Shown: positions 62,519-64,000 of the stretch, one piece after another | Layout: each line of letters begins with the position of its first letter | Numbering within the stretch: position 1 is the first letter of the stretch | The notes under the pieces: generated by a model | Told to the model about the DNA's origin: nothing | The model's database searches: none | What the model saw: the letters and a program-made list of their open reading frames with translations, nothing else | Origin: Camelus ferus | Taxonomy: Eukaryota | DNA: 64,000 nucleotides | Assembly (NCBI RefSeq): GCF_009834535.1 | Contig: NC_045697.1 | Coordinates: forward strand, 43,154,001-43,218,000 | Direction: 5' to 3' | Made by a program: the position numbers and the translations under genes

Positions 62519-62587
62519 CTGAAATGCAATGAGCACAATGTTTACAGACCCCGAATTTCTGTTTGAAGACTCATATACTGCATGCCC

Positions 62588-62622
62588 GCCAGCCAGCCAG
62601 CCAGCCACCAACCCAGCCCAGA
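62588..62622. repeat. Short (GCCA)n repeat
   Basis: gccagccagccagccagccaccaacccagcccag. Confidence 0.7.
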
Positions 62623-63134
62623 CCTAATGGCCATTCATTTCAGCTGCGATCATCTAGCCAGCCTTCGAGCCTGACGAGGCCCCTTGTCTACTTTTCTCCA
62701 CTCCTGCCACGTTTGCTTATGCTTTATCCTGGGGATGCTAGAGGTCATGATATTATGCATATTGGCTCCACTAGGCATTCACGTTGTCTGACGTTGGCTG
62801 TTACTCAACAATATTTTTATCTCTTATTAACTGCTGATGGGACTTGGAACAACTGAGTCAGCCTCATCACAGGTTGGACCCATGTGATTCTGCTGTACAG
62901 CCAGGCTGAGGACAAACGTCTAACTCAGTTCCCCTTGTCAGCCATTCCAAGCCTGATCTACTTTCCTCACAATCCCAGTCCCACTCAGGGCTTCCCACAT
63001 CCAGGATTGTGTTTTACCCCCGTTAGAAATTCAAGTATTATCACATGGGTAAACAGAAGGATGATGGATGAATTGATAGTAAGAGTCTGGTAAATTTTAT
63101 CACTAAACACATGTTCAGTTATTGATTACTTTTA

Positions 63135-63510
63135 CAAGCAGCCACAGATTAGCAGCTCACAGGTATATTATGTTTGGCTTTCAAAATACTGACCCAAATG
63201 ATATTTTTTTTTACATGTTTGAATTAATTGACAACATTTGAACATTGGGAGATTTCATATAAAATTTGCATTTCCAGCTTTTATTTAAGAAAAAGCATGA
63301 AAATTTAGTACTACTGAATTCACGTACCAGCATAACTATCATTAGCTGAAGCAGGGTAGGTGGTTCTGTTCAGCCAGGGTACACACACCCTTTGCTTTGC
63401 CATAGTCCTCTCTTTTCCCTATTGCCTCTTAAATATTTAGGCTGAGTGTCATTCATTATTCATCACCAAGCTTGTGCTTCTGTTTGTCTTTTAACTAGTA
63501 ACTTCACTTT
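63135..63510 (-). mobile_element. hAT-Charlie remnant (MER102-like)
   Basis: 'tttgaattaattgacaacatttgaacattgggagatttcatataaaatttgcatttccagctt...tttgccatagtcctctc...cctattg'. Confidence 0.65.
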
Positions 63511-64000
63511 TTAATTATCTGCATGATTCAGAATAGGATTTGATTTTGATCTGATGGGTATATTTTTGGAATAAAGTGTTAAGATGGAAGACTTGTATTC
63601 TTGTCTTACGTTGACACCGACTTTGTAATCAGCTTAGTGCTCTGATTTTTCTTGTCCAACTTACTCATCTTTAAAAGGAAGAAGTTAGATTATATCAATG
63701 GTTTTCAAACTTTAGGCTCAACCTCTTTGGTACTGTAAAACTAGTAACAGGCACCCCAGAGACTATTGCAATGATCCTCAAAACCTAGTGGAAATGCCAC
63801 ATTCCTAGGATGGCTTTTTATAGCAACTCAGAATTGTACTGGTTCCATATGGCTATTATCAATAAAAACAGGGACAAAAATAGCTTTTTAACAAATGTGG
63901 TTTTCCAGATTATTTTTTGAAACATAGAACCCAGAGAAGCCTTTGGTAGAGAAGTGTTTAGGACCATCTTTAACATTTATTCTTAATGGAATAAATTCTG

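Noticed and set aside
1..64000. CRISPR arrays, tRNA/rRNA/snRNA genes, prokaryotic operons or intact viral genes
   Set aside because: No regularly spaced direct repeats, no recognisable structural RNA genes and no long ORFs; the sequence is typical mammalian repeat-rich DNA.

Overview
This is mammalian non-coding, repeat-rich genomic DNA. It is probably from a camelid: the young L1 3' ends resemble the Vicugna/Camelus L1_Vpa type as I recall it, and I see no Alu, B1, Bov-A/tA, PRE-1 or Can-SINE. Much of the window is decayed transposable elements: L1 of several ages, a HAL1-like element, L2, MIR, MaLR LTRs (MLT1), a MER21-like LTR, hAT and Tigger MITEs, and an LTR-less ERV-L integrase fragment. 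None of the supplied ORFs looks like a real gene. The best genic signal is a repeat-poor ~3.1 kb stretch at about 59.37-62.52 kb that looks like the terminal exon/3'UTR of an unidentified minus-strand gene entering from beyond the right edge. I found no convincing new biological system. The most notable observations are retrotransposition oddities (a triple-nested insertion with a candidate 3' transduction, a 24-bp L1 stub, a captured ERV-L integrase piece), an old LTR with a CpG-rich core, a small orphan CpG island and a few candidate exons or regulatory elements. Repeat family names come from remembered consensus sequences, not from a search, and boundaries are approximate unless target-site duplications (TSDs) are given.
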